Positions 15,329 to 26,640 of a stretch of 64,000 nt of DNA are shown here, piece after piece. The notes below the pieces were generated by a model. The model made no database searches, had not been told where the DNA came from, and was given only the letters and a program-made list of their open reading frames with translations. The first letter of the stretch is position 1; every line of letters begins with the position of its first letter. A program made the position numbers and the translations under genes. Source of the stretch: Eledone cirrhosa (lineage: Eukaryota); assembly GCA_964016885.1 (NCBI GenBank), contig OZ024742.1, positions 214,644,001 to 214,708,000 on the forward strand. The letters are read 5' to 3'.

Positions 15329-15583
15329 GTTTGATCCGACTACCCACATTCACACATAGACACATATGAAGTTGTTGCTGGTCTTCCGTCGTATCTGGTG
15401 ATGTGTGTTGACTTTGATCTAATCAAGGGACATCTTACTCGTGGACAGAGTAGGTGTCGATGCTAGCTCATTGAATTAAAGGTACAATTAAATTTTGCCA
15501 GTTGAAGTGGCACACATATAATTGAGTCAGCAAAATAACATAAAATATATACACCTACGTCATATATATATATATATTTATAT

Positions 15584-15691
<108 letters not shown>

Positions 15692-15692
15692 G

Positions 15693-15727
<35 letters not shown>

Positions 15728-15841
15728 GTAGGAGGTGAGTTTTATTGTAGTACAATAAAGCATTTACTTGCTCCTTAACGGTTGAGCGCTTACTCTCATA
15801 TTGGATACCTTTTGATGGTCCTTCACCTCTTCTTCTACAAC

Positions 15842-18244
15842 ATGGATTATTACAACATAACCAATTCTACTAAAGACATTCCTATACCTGGTAAATCTGA
15901 ATTCACCAAACTTCTTATTGAAAAAACTGACTCCTTCGTAAGAAGACTTAGATGGACAGCCTATTTCTATGACCAGCGCCTAAAAGGGAACTTTCATACC
16001 AAAGAACACAACTTCCTCGATCATCTTTTTAATTCCAGACGAAATCCTCCTTCCAACAAAAATCTAGCACAATTCGAGGAAGAATTAACTAAAATTATAA
16101 AAAATCTTAAATTCAAGAGATACCCTTACAAAGGACAAGAGCACCTTGTAAATCTCAAGAACACAATCTCTAACCTAAATTCCTCAAAAAATGTTTTAGT
16201 CCACTCTGACAAAACCAATAACCTATATGGTATTTCCAAGGATAATTATAACAACCTTATCCTAAAGGAACTTAGGAAAAAGTATCGTAAAACCAACCAT
16301 GAAAATTTAGAATGCATAAACCTTGAAGCCTATGAGATTATGTCAAAACTTGGCATTGAAAAAAAGACCGAACCATTCCTCCCAAGAACTCCGAGGATAA
16401 ATCTCAAGGATCACAAAAACAATTTTCGCACTGAACTACCTGTTAGATTAATCGCCCCCTCTAAATCTGATCTGGGGGTTGTTAGTAAAGCCATCTTGGA
16501 TAGGATTATCCCACAGGTTAGTTCTAATTGCTCTTCTTTAAACCTAAATTTATGGTTTGGTACTTCTGAAGTGATTGGCTGGTTCAACAAATTGGATAAT
16601 AAAAACAAACTAAAATTTATTCAATTCGATATTGCCAGCTACTATTCCTCCATTTCGCCTTCACTTCTCAATAATGCTCTATCTTTCGCACTTAAATATT
16701 CTGACATCACCACAGATGAACTTCACATCATCCTCACCGCACGTAAAACCATCCTAGAGTTCAACAACGAATATTGGACCAGAGCCGATACCTCTAACAA
16801 CTTCGACATCACAATGGGAGCATCCGATTCATCCCAATTGACTGATTTAATTGGTATCTTCATTTTGAACTCTTTGAGTCGGAAAATTCCTCAACTTCGC
16901 GGTGGAATTTATCGTGACGATGGACTCTTTACTATCCTAAATTGCAATATAGTTAAACTTAATATTATTAAGAACAATATACGTAATCTCTTTAACCAAC
17001 ATAACCTAAAAATTGAATTTGATAATAGTACCAAACTAGCTAATTTCTTGGATGTATCTCTTAATCTTGACACTGGCCTATATTACCCTTACCATAAAAA
17101 CAATAAGAATCTTAATTATGTTAACTTTAAATCTAACCATCCTACCAATATCAAGAATGCTATAGTTAATAATATTGGAAATAGAATATCTAACATATCT
17201 TCTAATAAAAACATCTTTGATGCTAACGCCAATTACTATAATAACGCACTTTCTAAAGCTGGCTATCCAGATAAAATCAAATATAATAAAGAAACAAATT
17301 CTAGGAAAACTTACAGTAGAATATTTAATCATAACCATTCCAATAATTTTAATAAAAGACCTAGATACAAAAACATAATCTGGTATAATGCTCCTTTCTC
17401 CATCTCTATTAATAACAATATTCCTAAATTATTTTTTAGTGCCTTAAATAAATGCTTCCCTCCCTCACATATCTATAGTAAAATATTTAACAAACACACC
17501 ATTAAATTTTCGTATTCTACATCCTCCAATATTTCCAACATCATTTCTAAACACAACAACAAAATATTAAATACTAAATCTCTTCCTTCCAATATTGAAT
17601 CTCATAATAACAATAATAGTACTCCTGACGTCATTGTAAACCCTAGGCTAACTTCTGTAAACCCAAATGCAACGTCAAACACAACTTCGCTAAATGTTCA
17701 TAATCCAACTCTAAATCAAGAAACTATTATTCCTATTATTCCTATCGCAAACAACTTCTCCAATCCAATTCCTTCTATAGATAACACTAGATCACTCATT
17801 AATAATCTCTCTAATTGCAACTGCCGCATTAAAAATAAATGTCCTCTCAACAACCATTGCCTCGATAAAAACTTAATTTATGAATGTAAAATTATAACTA
17901 GCACCAACTCCTTCACCTATTTTGGCTCCACTTCCACCTCTTTTAAAGCTCGTCTCTATAATCATCATTCATCTTTCAAATACAAACTTAAAAGAACTAA
18001 CACTGCTCTCTCAGAACTCATATGGTCCTTAAAAGACAAAAACATTAAATATAACATCTTTTGGAAAAAGATTTCTTCTGCATCCTCGTACTTGAACAGT
18101 TCTCTATCTAAAATCTGTAATCTCTGCCTAAATGAAAAATTTACCATTATCTCTAACCTAGAATCCATAATAAATAGACGCTCGGATTTGTTTTCCATCT
18201 GCCTTCATAAATTCCATAGAACTTTTCACAAAGTATACAGTTAA
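15842..18244 (+). CDS. PLE polyprotein: reverse transcriptase plus C-terminal GIY-YIG-like endonuclease (800 aa from ATG 15842)
   Basis: Uninterrupted ORF with motifs [55 protein letters not shown]...YFGST...FKARLYNH and CNLCLNEK. Confidence 0.93.
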   Translation: MDYYNITNSTKDIPIPGKSEFTKLLIEKTDSFVRRLRWTAYFYDQRLKGNFHTKEHNFLDHLFNSRRNPPSNKNLAQFEEELTKIIKNLKFKRYPYKGQEHLVNLKNTISNLNSSKNVLVHSDKTNNLYGISKDNYNNLILKELRKKYRKTNHENLECINLEAYEIMSKLGIEKKTEPFLPRTPRINLKDHKNNFRTELPVRLIAPSKSDLGVVSKAILDRIIPQVSSNCSSLNLNLWFGTSEVIGWFNKLDNKNKLKFIQFDIASYYSSISPSLLNNALSFALKYSDITTDELHIILTARKTILEFNNEYWTRADTSNNFDITMGASDSSQLTDLIGIFILNSLSRKIPQLRGGIYRDDGLFTILNCNIVKLNIIKNNIRNLFNQHNLKIEFDNSTKLANFLDVSLNLDTGLYYPYHKNNKNLNYVNFKSNHPTNIKNAIVNNIGNRISNISSNKNIFDANANYYNNALSKAGYPDKIKYNKETNSRKTYSRIFNHNHSNNFNKRPRYKNIIWYNAPFSISINNNIPKLFFSALNKCFPPSHIYSKIFNKHTIKFSYSTSSNISNIISKHNNKILNTKSLPSNIESHNNNNSTPDVIVNPRLTSVNPNATSNTTSLNVHNPTLNQETIIPIIPIANNFSNPIPSIDNTRSLINNLSNCNCRIKNKCPLNNHCLDKNLIYECKIITSTNSFTYFGSTSTSFKARLYNHHSSFKYKLKRTNTALSELIWSLKDKNIKYNIFWKKISSASSYLNSSLSKICNLCLNEKFTIISNLESIINRRSDLFSICLHKFHRTFHKVYS

Positions 18245-19478
18245 TATTCAATTCTTTATCAATTTAGAATCTTTTCTCAAAGGCACATATACATACACCT
18301 CTTTAAAATATACCCATCTACCTTACTTTAAAGGCCATTATACACTCTATAGTACTCGTTTATTCATTTACCTCATCCTATCTTCTCGTAAAACAATAAC
18401 ATTTGTTTTTGACATTTTGAATATTCATCCGCAATCATTATTATTTTTTTTTTTCCCTCTATCATAAATCTTTTTAATCTCAATTTCATCCTTAATTTAT
18501 TATTATATATATTTTTTTTAATATATACTCATATATTCTTTAAAATATACCCATCTACCTTACTTTAAAGGGCATTATACACTCTATAATACCCGTTTAC
18601 TCATCACCCTCATTATATCTCTTCGTAAAACAATAACATTTGTTTTTGACATTTTGAGTATTCATCCGCAATCATTATTATTTTTTCTCTCTATCATAAA
18701 TCTTTTTAATCTCAATTTCATCCTTAATTTATTATTATTATTTTTTTCTCCCCATCAACGAACTCATTATTAATACATATGAATTCAATATAAATTTTTC
18801 TCAAATCCTATACATAAACATTTTCTCTTTGCTAATTTTAAGATTCCTACATTTCTCCTTTTGAATATTCACCCACAATTATTATTTTTTTTTTTTTTTT
18901 TTTTCTCTCTATCTCCATACATAATCTCCCTTCGTTATTTTTTTCTCTCTATCTCCATACATAATTTCCCTTCGTTAATTTTCAAATTCCTTTAATTTAT
19001 ACATTATCTTCCAACGGTTCCCAACCTCTCTATATTAAAACATTATATCTTTTTCTCAGTTATAAAAACTATCTCTTTCTCTCTATCACCCATCTCTCCC
19101 TTTCCACCTTCACTCTCATCTCCTCCCCTTTTTTTCATCCTTTCCACCCCCACCCCTCCCTAAATATAATATATTTTTTCCTCGCACATATCCTCCCTTC
19201 GTTAATTTTCAAAATTTTTAATTTATACAGTATCTTCCAACGGTTTTCAACCCCTCTATATAAAATATATCTCCTCTCTGTTATAAAAACTATCTCTTTC
19301 TCTCTATCACCCATCTCTCCCTCTCATCTCCTTCCCTTTTCATCCTTTTCTCTCCCCCCCTCTCTAAATAAAATATTTTTCCCAATATCACACATCAATC
19401 TAAAACCACTTTTCATATGTTGATTTAAAACTGCACTATCAACAAGTGTTTTTTTAGCCTTCATATCATGTTCTCCTG

Positions 19479-19545
19479 TTTTATCTGATGAAAACACAAA
19501 TATTATTGTTTGATGATGTTTGTTTTTGAAATGCGCATAATAAAA
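19479..19545 (+). ncRNA. Minimal type I hammerhead ribozyme
   Basis: ttttat-CTGATGA-aaaca..tgttttt-GAAA-tgcgca-TA-ataaaa. Stem I is 6 bp and stem III is palindromic. Confidence 0.85.
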
Positions 19546-19577
19546 TATATTGAACTCCTTTAACCATCTTTTGATCT

Positions 19578-19621
<44 letters not shown>

Positions 19622-19625
<4 letters not shown>

Positions 19626-19830
19626 GGAAAGTGTGGCTGAGTGGTTAGAGAATTGGATTAACAATCGTGAGGTCGTGAGTTCGATTCCCGAAGCGGGCGA
19701 TGCGTTATGTCCTGGAGCAAGACAATTTATTTCAAGTTGCTCCTTCTACCTAGAGTTGCGACCGATAGTTAGTATTAGCAATTGGAAAGACCAATGGATA
19801 CATTGTTTCCTCGGTCCGATTTGAGGAAAG
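19622..19830 (+). mobile_element. tRNA-derived SINE with CORE-like segment
   Basis: A box tggctgagtggt and B box gttcgattccc, followed by tgtcctggagcaagaca. Confidence 0.7.
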
Positions 19831-19850
19831 TCCATCGACTGTCGATATAT

Positions 19851-19923
<73 letters not shown>

Positions 19924-19924
<1 letters not shown>

Positions 19925-20055
19925 GTAGAACACTGGAAGGTAATATCCGTAGTGGTAGTCTATGGGACGAGTTGATACCAGTTCGAGCTGAAAATCCGCA
20001 TAAGATGAAACAATTGTTCTTGGTATGGTGAACTAACTGTTGTGTTACTACTTCT
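19924..20055. mobile_element. Rearranged mini-pLTR of the 53761-54885 PLE family
   Basis: 19924-19970 is the reverse complement of tail 54824-54882. 19984-20054 is a forward, decayed HHR segment matching 54749-54819. Confidence 0.75.
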
Positions 20056-20191
20056 CTCTCTCTATATATATATACTATATATATATATGTATATATATAT
20101 AGTATATAGTACTCTATATAGTATATAGAGTACTATATACTATATATACATATATATATAGTATATAGTACTCACACATATACACACAGAC

Positions 20192-20230
<39 letters not shown>

Positions 20231-20264
20231 GAAACACACAGATACATGCGGACACACACATATA

Positions 20265-20799
20265 TACATGAATGCATCCGCACCCAACTGTGAGTTAAGG
20301 GTGCCGACTTCACCGATGTTGCTCAATGAATGACTGGGACAGACCAATTCAGTTGAACCAGACTGAACCAGTATCAGAGTTAAAAATACATTATGAAGAG
20401 AGAAGAAACATTTAGATATAATTAGTAATAAAATGTATCATACCTAAACTGCTCCTAAATTCCTCGACTACGTAGTTTCGTGGCATAAACAAAAACAATA
20501 TATCAAAGATATAGAGTCCTTGCGAGGTCTGCCGACTTATCAAGAGGATACCTCATTTTACTAGTCTCAAGAACGCGTCTACACGACGTGAGAAAGAATC
20601 CCAAAAGGCGGAGGGGGAGATAGTCACGCGATATAACGGTCGACCTCTTGATAAGTCGGCAGACCTCGCAGGGTCTCTATATCTTTGATATATTGTTTTT
20701 GTTTATGCCACGAAACTACGTAGTCGAGGAATTTAGGAGCAGTTTAGGTATGATACATTTTATTACTAATTATATCTAAATGTTTTTTCTCTCTTCATA

Positions 20800-20805
<6 letters not shown>
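20265..20805. mobile_element. Fold-back (inverted) pLTR pair, each arm carrying a hammerhead
   Basis: Near-perfect ~160-bp inverted arms at 20386-20547 and 20644-20805. The left arm continues as a longer tail to ~20265. Confidence 0.85.
20644..20729 (+). ncRNA. Type I hammerhead, U3-A8 core variant (mirror copy 20462-20547 on minus strand)
   Basis: cctc-TTGATAA-gt(c)ggca..tgccac-GAAA-ctacgtag-TC-gagg. Confidence 0.8.
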
Positions 20806-20866
<61 letters not shown>

Positions 20867-20879
20867 TATATATTCATAA

Positions 20880-21378
20880 ACGGCATTTTGGAGCATATAC
20901 TTACTCCTGCAAGTAATGATTTTGGTAATGATTTTATGTGGACATCTCAACAGCAGAGCGCCACTTTCCATGAAGTAAATGTTACACAAGCTTGGCGCAG
21001 GGACAATCTTTCGAGGTTCCGATCAAAAGAAATGTGGTCTCCTTGATCATCTGATTTGAAATCTCTGGACTTTTAAATATGATCTATCCGTGAAGAAATG
21101 TTCTGTTCAAAATCCATAAGGCATGTAATGATTTAAAGTCATCTTTTCTGAGTGCTTGGAATGAAATTCCCCAAGAAATGTGCGTTCCTCGGTGGAAGAT
21201 TAGAGGTTGTTATTGCTCCATGAGGTTGGGTGGATGGCTGTGGGGTCAATTTGAATAAACTATATAATACATTCTAAATATATTTATGTATAATTACATA
21301 TATGTTGCTGGTGAATAAAATTAGTAGTTTTGTTATTAAAATCATTTTTATTTGCTTCCAGACTTATGCCCCACCTTG
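20880..21378 (+). mobile_element. Tc1/mariner transposon 3' remnant
   Basis: Decayed VTQAW..EMWSP*SSDLKSLDF (WPPxSPDLNPLD motif) and SAWNEIPQE..GGQFE*. The TIR-like end gccccaccttg is followed by TA. Confidence 0.75.
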
Positions 21379-21827
21379 TATATCCGTATATAAATAACAA
21401 CTGAGAGAAAAGCATAATCAATAATGAAGTAGAGTTTAAATATTCATTCTATTAAGACTAAATAGTAAGTCTGGTTACACTATAGTTTGGCTTGGTTATC
21501 ACTAGGTCATCAGACAAGAAAAGTTATTCTCTTATAATACTGTGATAAGCTGGTGAACTCCAGAATGACAAGACTCACTCTTTAGCTTTAATCAAATGAA
21601 TATATACATATATGGGTATTTTGAGGAATTAGATCGATCTAATTGCAGATACCCAAAAGTAAACGCAATTTACCGATAAAGCTTTATACATACTGCTCAA
21701 CTTAGGATGAGTTACATGGGTGAGAGGCATGCTACGTAGCACCCCATATTGTTTCGTTTATTAGACATATTCACCAATATAGATCAAACATATGGATAGC
21801 TATCAAAAATATATAAATATACGAACA

Positions 21828-22996
21828 TTAACTTTAATTATATCTCATAAAATAATACAACTGGTTTTTCCACATTATACATATTGTTAGCACCCCAAAC
21901 ACTTAAGTTGGGTTTATATTTAAATATAACCTAATGTTTGTTGAGTGAGATGGTTACCAGTCAGAGTTTAGCTTTAAATTATCTCTGTTATTGTATTAAA
22001 TATTTACTCTTGATTGGCCAGAGGTGTTTATTTCCAGGTACCTTATGAATTTGACTTTCCGTATTTACTACTGTTGTGAAGTGTTGTGGTTTTTTTTTGG
22101 TTGTAACTTCTCTGTTTTTTAGCCTAAGAAAATATATATATATATGCCTATGTATATAATTACATGCATACATTTATTTTCTTTAATTAATTGAGTTCAT
22201 TACACGAGGAATTAATATTTGTTTTGAAATAACCAATTAATCCGCGTGTGTTTTATATTTTACTCTTAATTCGGCCGGAGAATTATATTCCCATTTTCCC
22301 TTTAAAGCATAACTTTCTGTATTTACTGCGGTTATGAGATGCGGTTCTGATTCGGGTACAACATCTGTTTTTAGCCTAAGAAAATATCTATATGCGTGTG
22401 TAATTTATACACGCATATATTTATTTTTTTTATTTTCAATTGAGTTCTTAACACGTTGGATTGATAATGTTTTCGAAAACACTAATTAACCCGCGTGTTT
22501 ATTATTTTTTTTCCTCCTTTCATGGATCGTAGTTGTCTCCCGTTCCCGCTTCGTATCGCTATGATACTTCCTCAGTCAAAAACTGCTGGAATTTCAAATT
22601 TGGCGGTCATTCGCGGCGAGAGGAGCAACTTAACAGACATGATTTTTGACTGCGGTAAGAATTTCTTTCTTATATCAAGTTTTAATGGGCTTCAACTGAT
22701 GATTTATAAGCGCCTACCTAAATATAGTCTTACATGAATATATATTAGGCTTCTACATAAACTGGAAATATTCTCCCAACTTGTAGAAAACTTATAATGA
22801 AACAATTGTTTGGAAAGAGAGATATACTTTAACTTTAATTATATCTCATAAAATAATACAACTAGTTTTTCCACATTATACATATTGTTAGCACCCCAAA
22901 CACTTAAATTGGGTTTATATTTAAATATAACCTAATGTTTGTTGAGTGAGATGATTACCAGTCAGAGTTTAGATTTAAACTATCTCTGTTATTGTA

Positions 22997-23000
<4 letters not shown>
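21828..23000 (+). mobile_element. ORF-less HHR tandem element (retrozyme-like), locus 1
   Basis: Terminal direct repeat (21828-22000 vs 22829-23000), an internal ~255-bp duplication and an HHR at 22691-22815. It ends at (TA)n and is homologous to 54971-56256. Confidence 0.85.
22691..22815 (+). ncRNA. Type I hammerhead with long stem II
   Basis: ttcaa-CTGATGA-tttataag..cttataat-GAAA-caattg-TT-tggaa. Confidence 0.75.
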
Positions 23001-23057
<57 letters not shown>

Positions 23058-23329
23058 TATATTATCTATATATATTGATTACATACTTATATATGTATGT
23101 ATGAACGTGTTTTCTGTGCATGTGTGTGAGTTTGTGTGTAATCTAAATTGCCTTCTATAGCCATATTATGGTTTAAAGGGAATATAACATTATCATGACC
23201 CGGTGAGGGCATATCTAAACCAATATAGAATTTCATATTATCAAAAATGTTTACTTTCTGCCAACACTAAAGTATTTAAGCGCTTTTATATACGATTAAA
23301 TTTCAACGAGCTAGAAAGCACAAACACGC

Positions 23330-23750
23330 ACGCACTGGTTTAATAGAATGGACCATAAGGGAGCTTCCAAATTCATACAATTCGATATTAATGATTACTA
23401 TTCATTCATATCCCCAGTCATCCTAAATCAGTTACTAATATTTGCCAAGAAAAATTCAGATCTAACCATGGATGAAATTAGGATAGTAATAGCTGCTAGG
23501 AGAACGATCATTGAATTTGAAAACCAATACCGGGTACGACGGGATAGACAAAATAGCTTTGATATCACTATGGGATCTATCGAGTCAGCGCAAATCACAG
23601 ACATAGTCGGAATATATATATCGCTCATAATATCCATAAGGAATTTCATAACCCCCAAGAAGGAATTTATAGAGACGATGCGCTTCTACTAGCTAAAAAC
23701 ATAAATTACCAGACCTGGAAAGGTTACGGAAGAGCATTAGGGTCTTCTTT
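23330..23750 (+). pseudogene. PLE RT fragment
   Basis: KFIQFDINDYYSFISP, FDITMGSIES and a frameshifted GIYRDDAL; homologous to the 15842 ORF. Confidence 0.88.
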
Positions 23751-23964
23751 TTTTCCCGATATTCATATTATTCTTATTAATATGCAATTTCCTTGCATTA
23801 CAATCTTCCGTCGTTGAAAGAACATATAAGCTGAAACCCGTACAATCAAATGGTGAAATTACTATTTTGTAAATAAATATTTTGATGTTATTCTGAGAGA
23901 AAATCCCTTTAGCGTTTCCTACTGTTTCTTTTTTTACATTTTATATATATATATATATGTGTGT

Positions 23965-24003
<39 letters not shown>

Positions 24004-25693
24004 CCTTTGTGTGTGTATACCAATTATTTGTGTGTCTCTGTAGGTGTGTATGTATGTGTACGTATGTTTGCGTTTGTAACTGCCATGCATAAGATATTTA
24101 TGTGATTGTACACAATACATATATCGACGAAGATATCTATCTTGATTTATTTCCCGAGGACGTTCTTGTAAATTACTTATTTACATTTAAGGCAAATACT
24201 GTAACGCGCGCGCGCGCAAACACACACAGACACACGCACACACACACACACACACGTACACACACACCCACACAGACACAGAGGCTTCCCTGTGGGCAGC
24301 GATCATCATCATCGAACCCTCAGAGTGATGTTGAGAAACAACATATGAAACACAATTCACAGATTTTAGTGTGTGCCCTTCATGTCCCTGTATAAACATT
24401 ACTTACCGTACAATAAAATGGTTTGGTTATAATTGTAGAGGAAAATACGTTTGAACAATAAAGTATTGTTGGTAGCGAAATATTTGGGAACCACTGACAT
24501 AGACAGGACAGTAATGAGTCCTGTTCTATTGATGTTGACTATTTGTTCAGGTATTATTTGGGAAACATATATATGGTGTGTGATGCGAACAGCAAAACAT
24601 CGAGAATATACTTAATAACGATGAGATTAGATGTTAATACCTTTTTTGCGTCTTGTGTATATGTATTTGAATTTATTTATGTAACGTTCCACTTTTATTC
24701 ATTTATCTTCTTATTTTTTAGTCTTTTGTAATGTCAACAATGTTTTACAAAAAACAGTTATACAATGATGGAAATATGAAAAAGAAAGATAATAATACTG
24801 GGGATGGGCACGAAGAAGGGGGGATCTGGATGTATGGCAAAGTAGAGGTAATGACTATAAATGAGAGGGAAAGGAGGGGAAAGCAAGGAGACTTGGGTGA
24901 CGGAAGAAAGTGGGGAAGTGGTCTCTATGCCTAGGGTGCAACGGTGTGTATCTATATATCTATGTATTTACCTACCGATTAAACAGACATTTATAAACAC
25001 AAAAGGCGAAAGTTAAGAAAATAAGTCCAATATGTTAGCTGTATGATATTACTTCTAAGAAAACATTCAAAATATTATTATCTAAAAGAAAATATTATTT
25101 CAACAATTGGACGGAAGATGTGGTTTAAATTCTTGAATTAAGCGTTTTTGAAGAAATAGCAATTTATCAATCGGCTATGTACACCCACTGTTTTATAAAT
25201 TATGTAAATACATTTTCGAATAGTTGGAATGTAAGAAGATAAAATGACATTTCATGACCTTAGAGGAGATTGCATCTATTTTTAACACAGCAGTTGCTGT
25301 TTCAAGGTGCTTACGTTATAAGATCCTTAAATGCATTATTAAACACCATGCAGTGATCAATAAAATAATTCATTAAATATAATCAATAGCAAAGCTAGTT
25401 TTAAATACAGATGGTGATCTTTTGCATTCGTGTCATTTTCTGGTTTTTATAATCAAAATCTCAAATTTATTCTTATGTTATAATTTATAACATTTAGGAG
25501 AATATATTAAACGCATTTTTATTAATATCGTGACGCCTGTATCGATATTTTAACTTCCCTTTGGAAAGTAAAGAAAAGGAGTAGAGGGGGGCACTCTTCT
25601 GTGAAAAGGATCTGAGAAATACTTGTGAGTGACAAGCAAACCTCAAATGAATATATCTACATGCAGCAAGCACATATTTGTCGTGTATTATTG

Positions 25694-25874
25694 GATTGGC
25701 AGTATCGGTAGAGGGTCGGACGCCATGCTTTCCAGCATAGTTACGTCCCTTTACGATCTGAGTTCAAATCCCGCCGAGGTTGACTTTGCCTTTCATCCTT
25801 ACGGGATCAATAAAATAAAGTACCAGTAATGCACTGGGTAATTGCTGGCCTTGTCCCTAACGTAGAAACAATTA
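25694..25874 (+). mobile_element. SINE (main family; B-box-like gagttcaaatccc; central segment resembles the Meta-SINE domain as I recall it)
   Basis: About 10 dispersed copies in the window. Confidence 0.85.
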
Positions 25875-26072
25875 TCACTGGGAAATGCATTTCACTTTCG
25901 TAATAAGAGTAATTTTGGATTTGACATCCGTAGTCAGCCCTCGGTAGTGGTTCTATACTTGGGATTTTGTCATATATTTATATACCCTGCTTAATATTAA
26001 TTTTGATCACAAATTCCGAGCATAACACTAATGTCAAATCAGTCGACAATATTACAGAAGCAATTATAATTA

Positions 26073-26230
26073 TTTGTTTCTACTTTAGGCACAAGGCCAG
26101 CAATTATCCAGTGCATTACTGGTACTTTATTTTATCGACCCCGTAAGGATGAAAGGCAAAGTCAACCTCGGCGGGATTTGAACTCAGATCGTAAAGGGAC
26201 GTAACTATGCTGGAAAGCATGGCATCCGAA
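26073..26230 (-). mobile_element. SINE (main family)
   Basis: Reverse complement of the 25694 copy. Confidence 0.85.
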
Positions 26231-26249
26231 ATCTGACATTATGGGTAAG

Positions 26250-26640
26250 GAATCGTACAACATACTGCGTGGGATTTAGTTAAGCCCCATTATGTTCTGA
26301 GTTCAAATCCCACCAAGCTTAGCTTTGTTTCCATTCTTACGGGGTCAACAAAATAAAGTAAATCACTGTCGTCGATTTAATTGACTTTCTCCTGACTCCC
26401 AAAATTGTTGGCCTTGTACCTAAATGATATTGGCAGTATCGGTAGAGGGTCGGACGCCATGCTTTACAGCATGGAGTTACGGCCCTTTATGATCTGAATT
26501 CATTTCCCGCCGAGGTTAACTTTACCTTTCATCCTTAATGGATCGATAAAATAAAGTACAAGTCACGCACTGGGGTCAATTTAGTCGACACCCCCTCCCC
26601 CAAAATTGATAGCCTTGTGCCTATATAAGAAACCATTATA
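26250..26640 (+). mobile_element. Two tandem SINE copies (26250-26425 decayed; 26430-26640)
   Basis: Repeated gttcaaatccc..ataaagta..gccttgt core. Confidence 0.75.

Larger units (their letters stand above)
15728..19583 (+). mobile_element. Near full-length Penelope-like element (Hydra-type) inserted in (TA)n
   Basis: Single long RT-EN ORF and a ~1.3-kb 3' UTR with HHR. (TA)n lies on both sides. The first 35 bp are an inverted piece of the family tail (same sequence as 50694-50728). Confidence 0.92.

Noticed and set aside
15732-15740. Splice-donor-like AG|GTGAGT upstream of the PLE ORF
   Set aside because: It lies in the inverted tail fragment (same as 50694-50728) and has no convincing acceptor.
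15782-15841. Listed ORF start at 15782
   Set aside because: It is a TTG start; the first suitable ATG before the STKDIPIP N-terminal motif is 15842.
15842-18244. Possible selenocysteine recoding as in Naiad PLEs
   Set aside because: There is no in-frame TGA at Cys positions, and the endonuclease is C-terminal.
19625-19700. tRNA gene
   Set aside because: No proper acceptor stem, and it continues into a SINE body.
21470-21520. Minus-strand CTGATGA..CAAA-ctatag motif
   Set aside because: GAAA and the cleavage site are mutated and the stems are weak; at most a decayed HHR.
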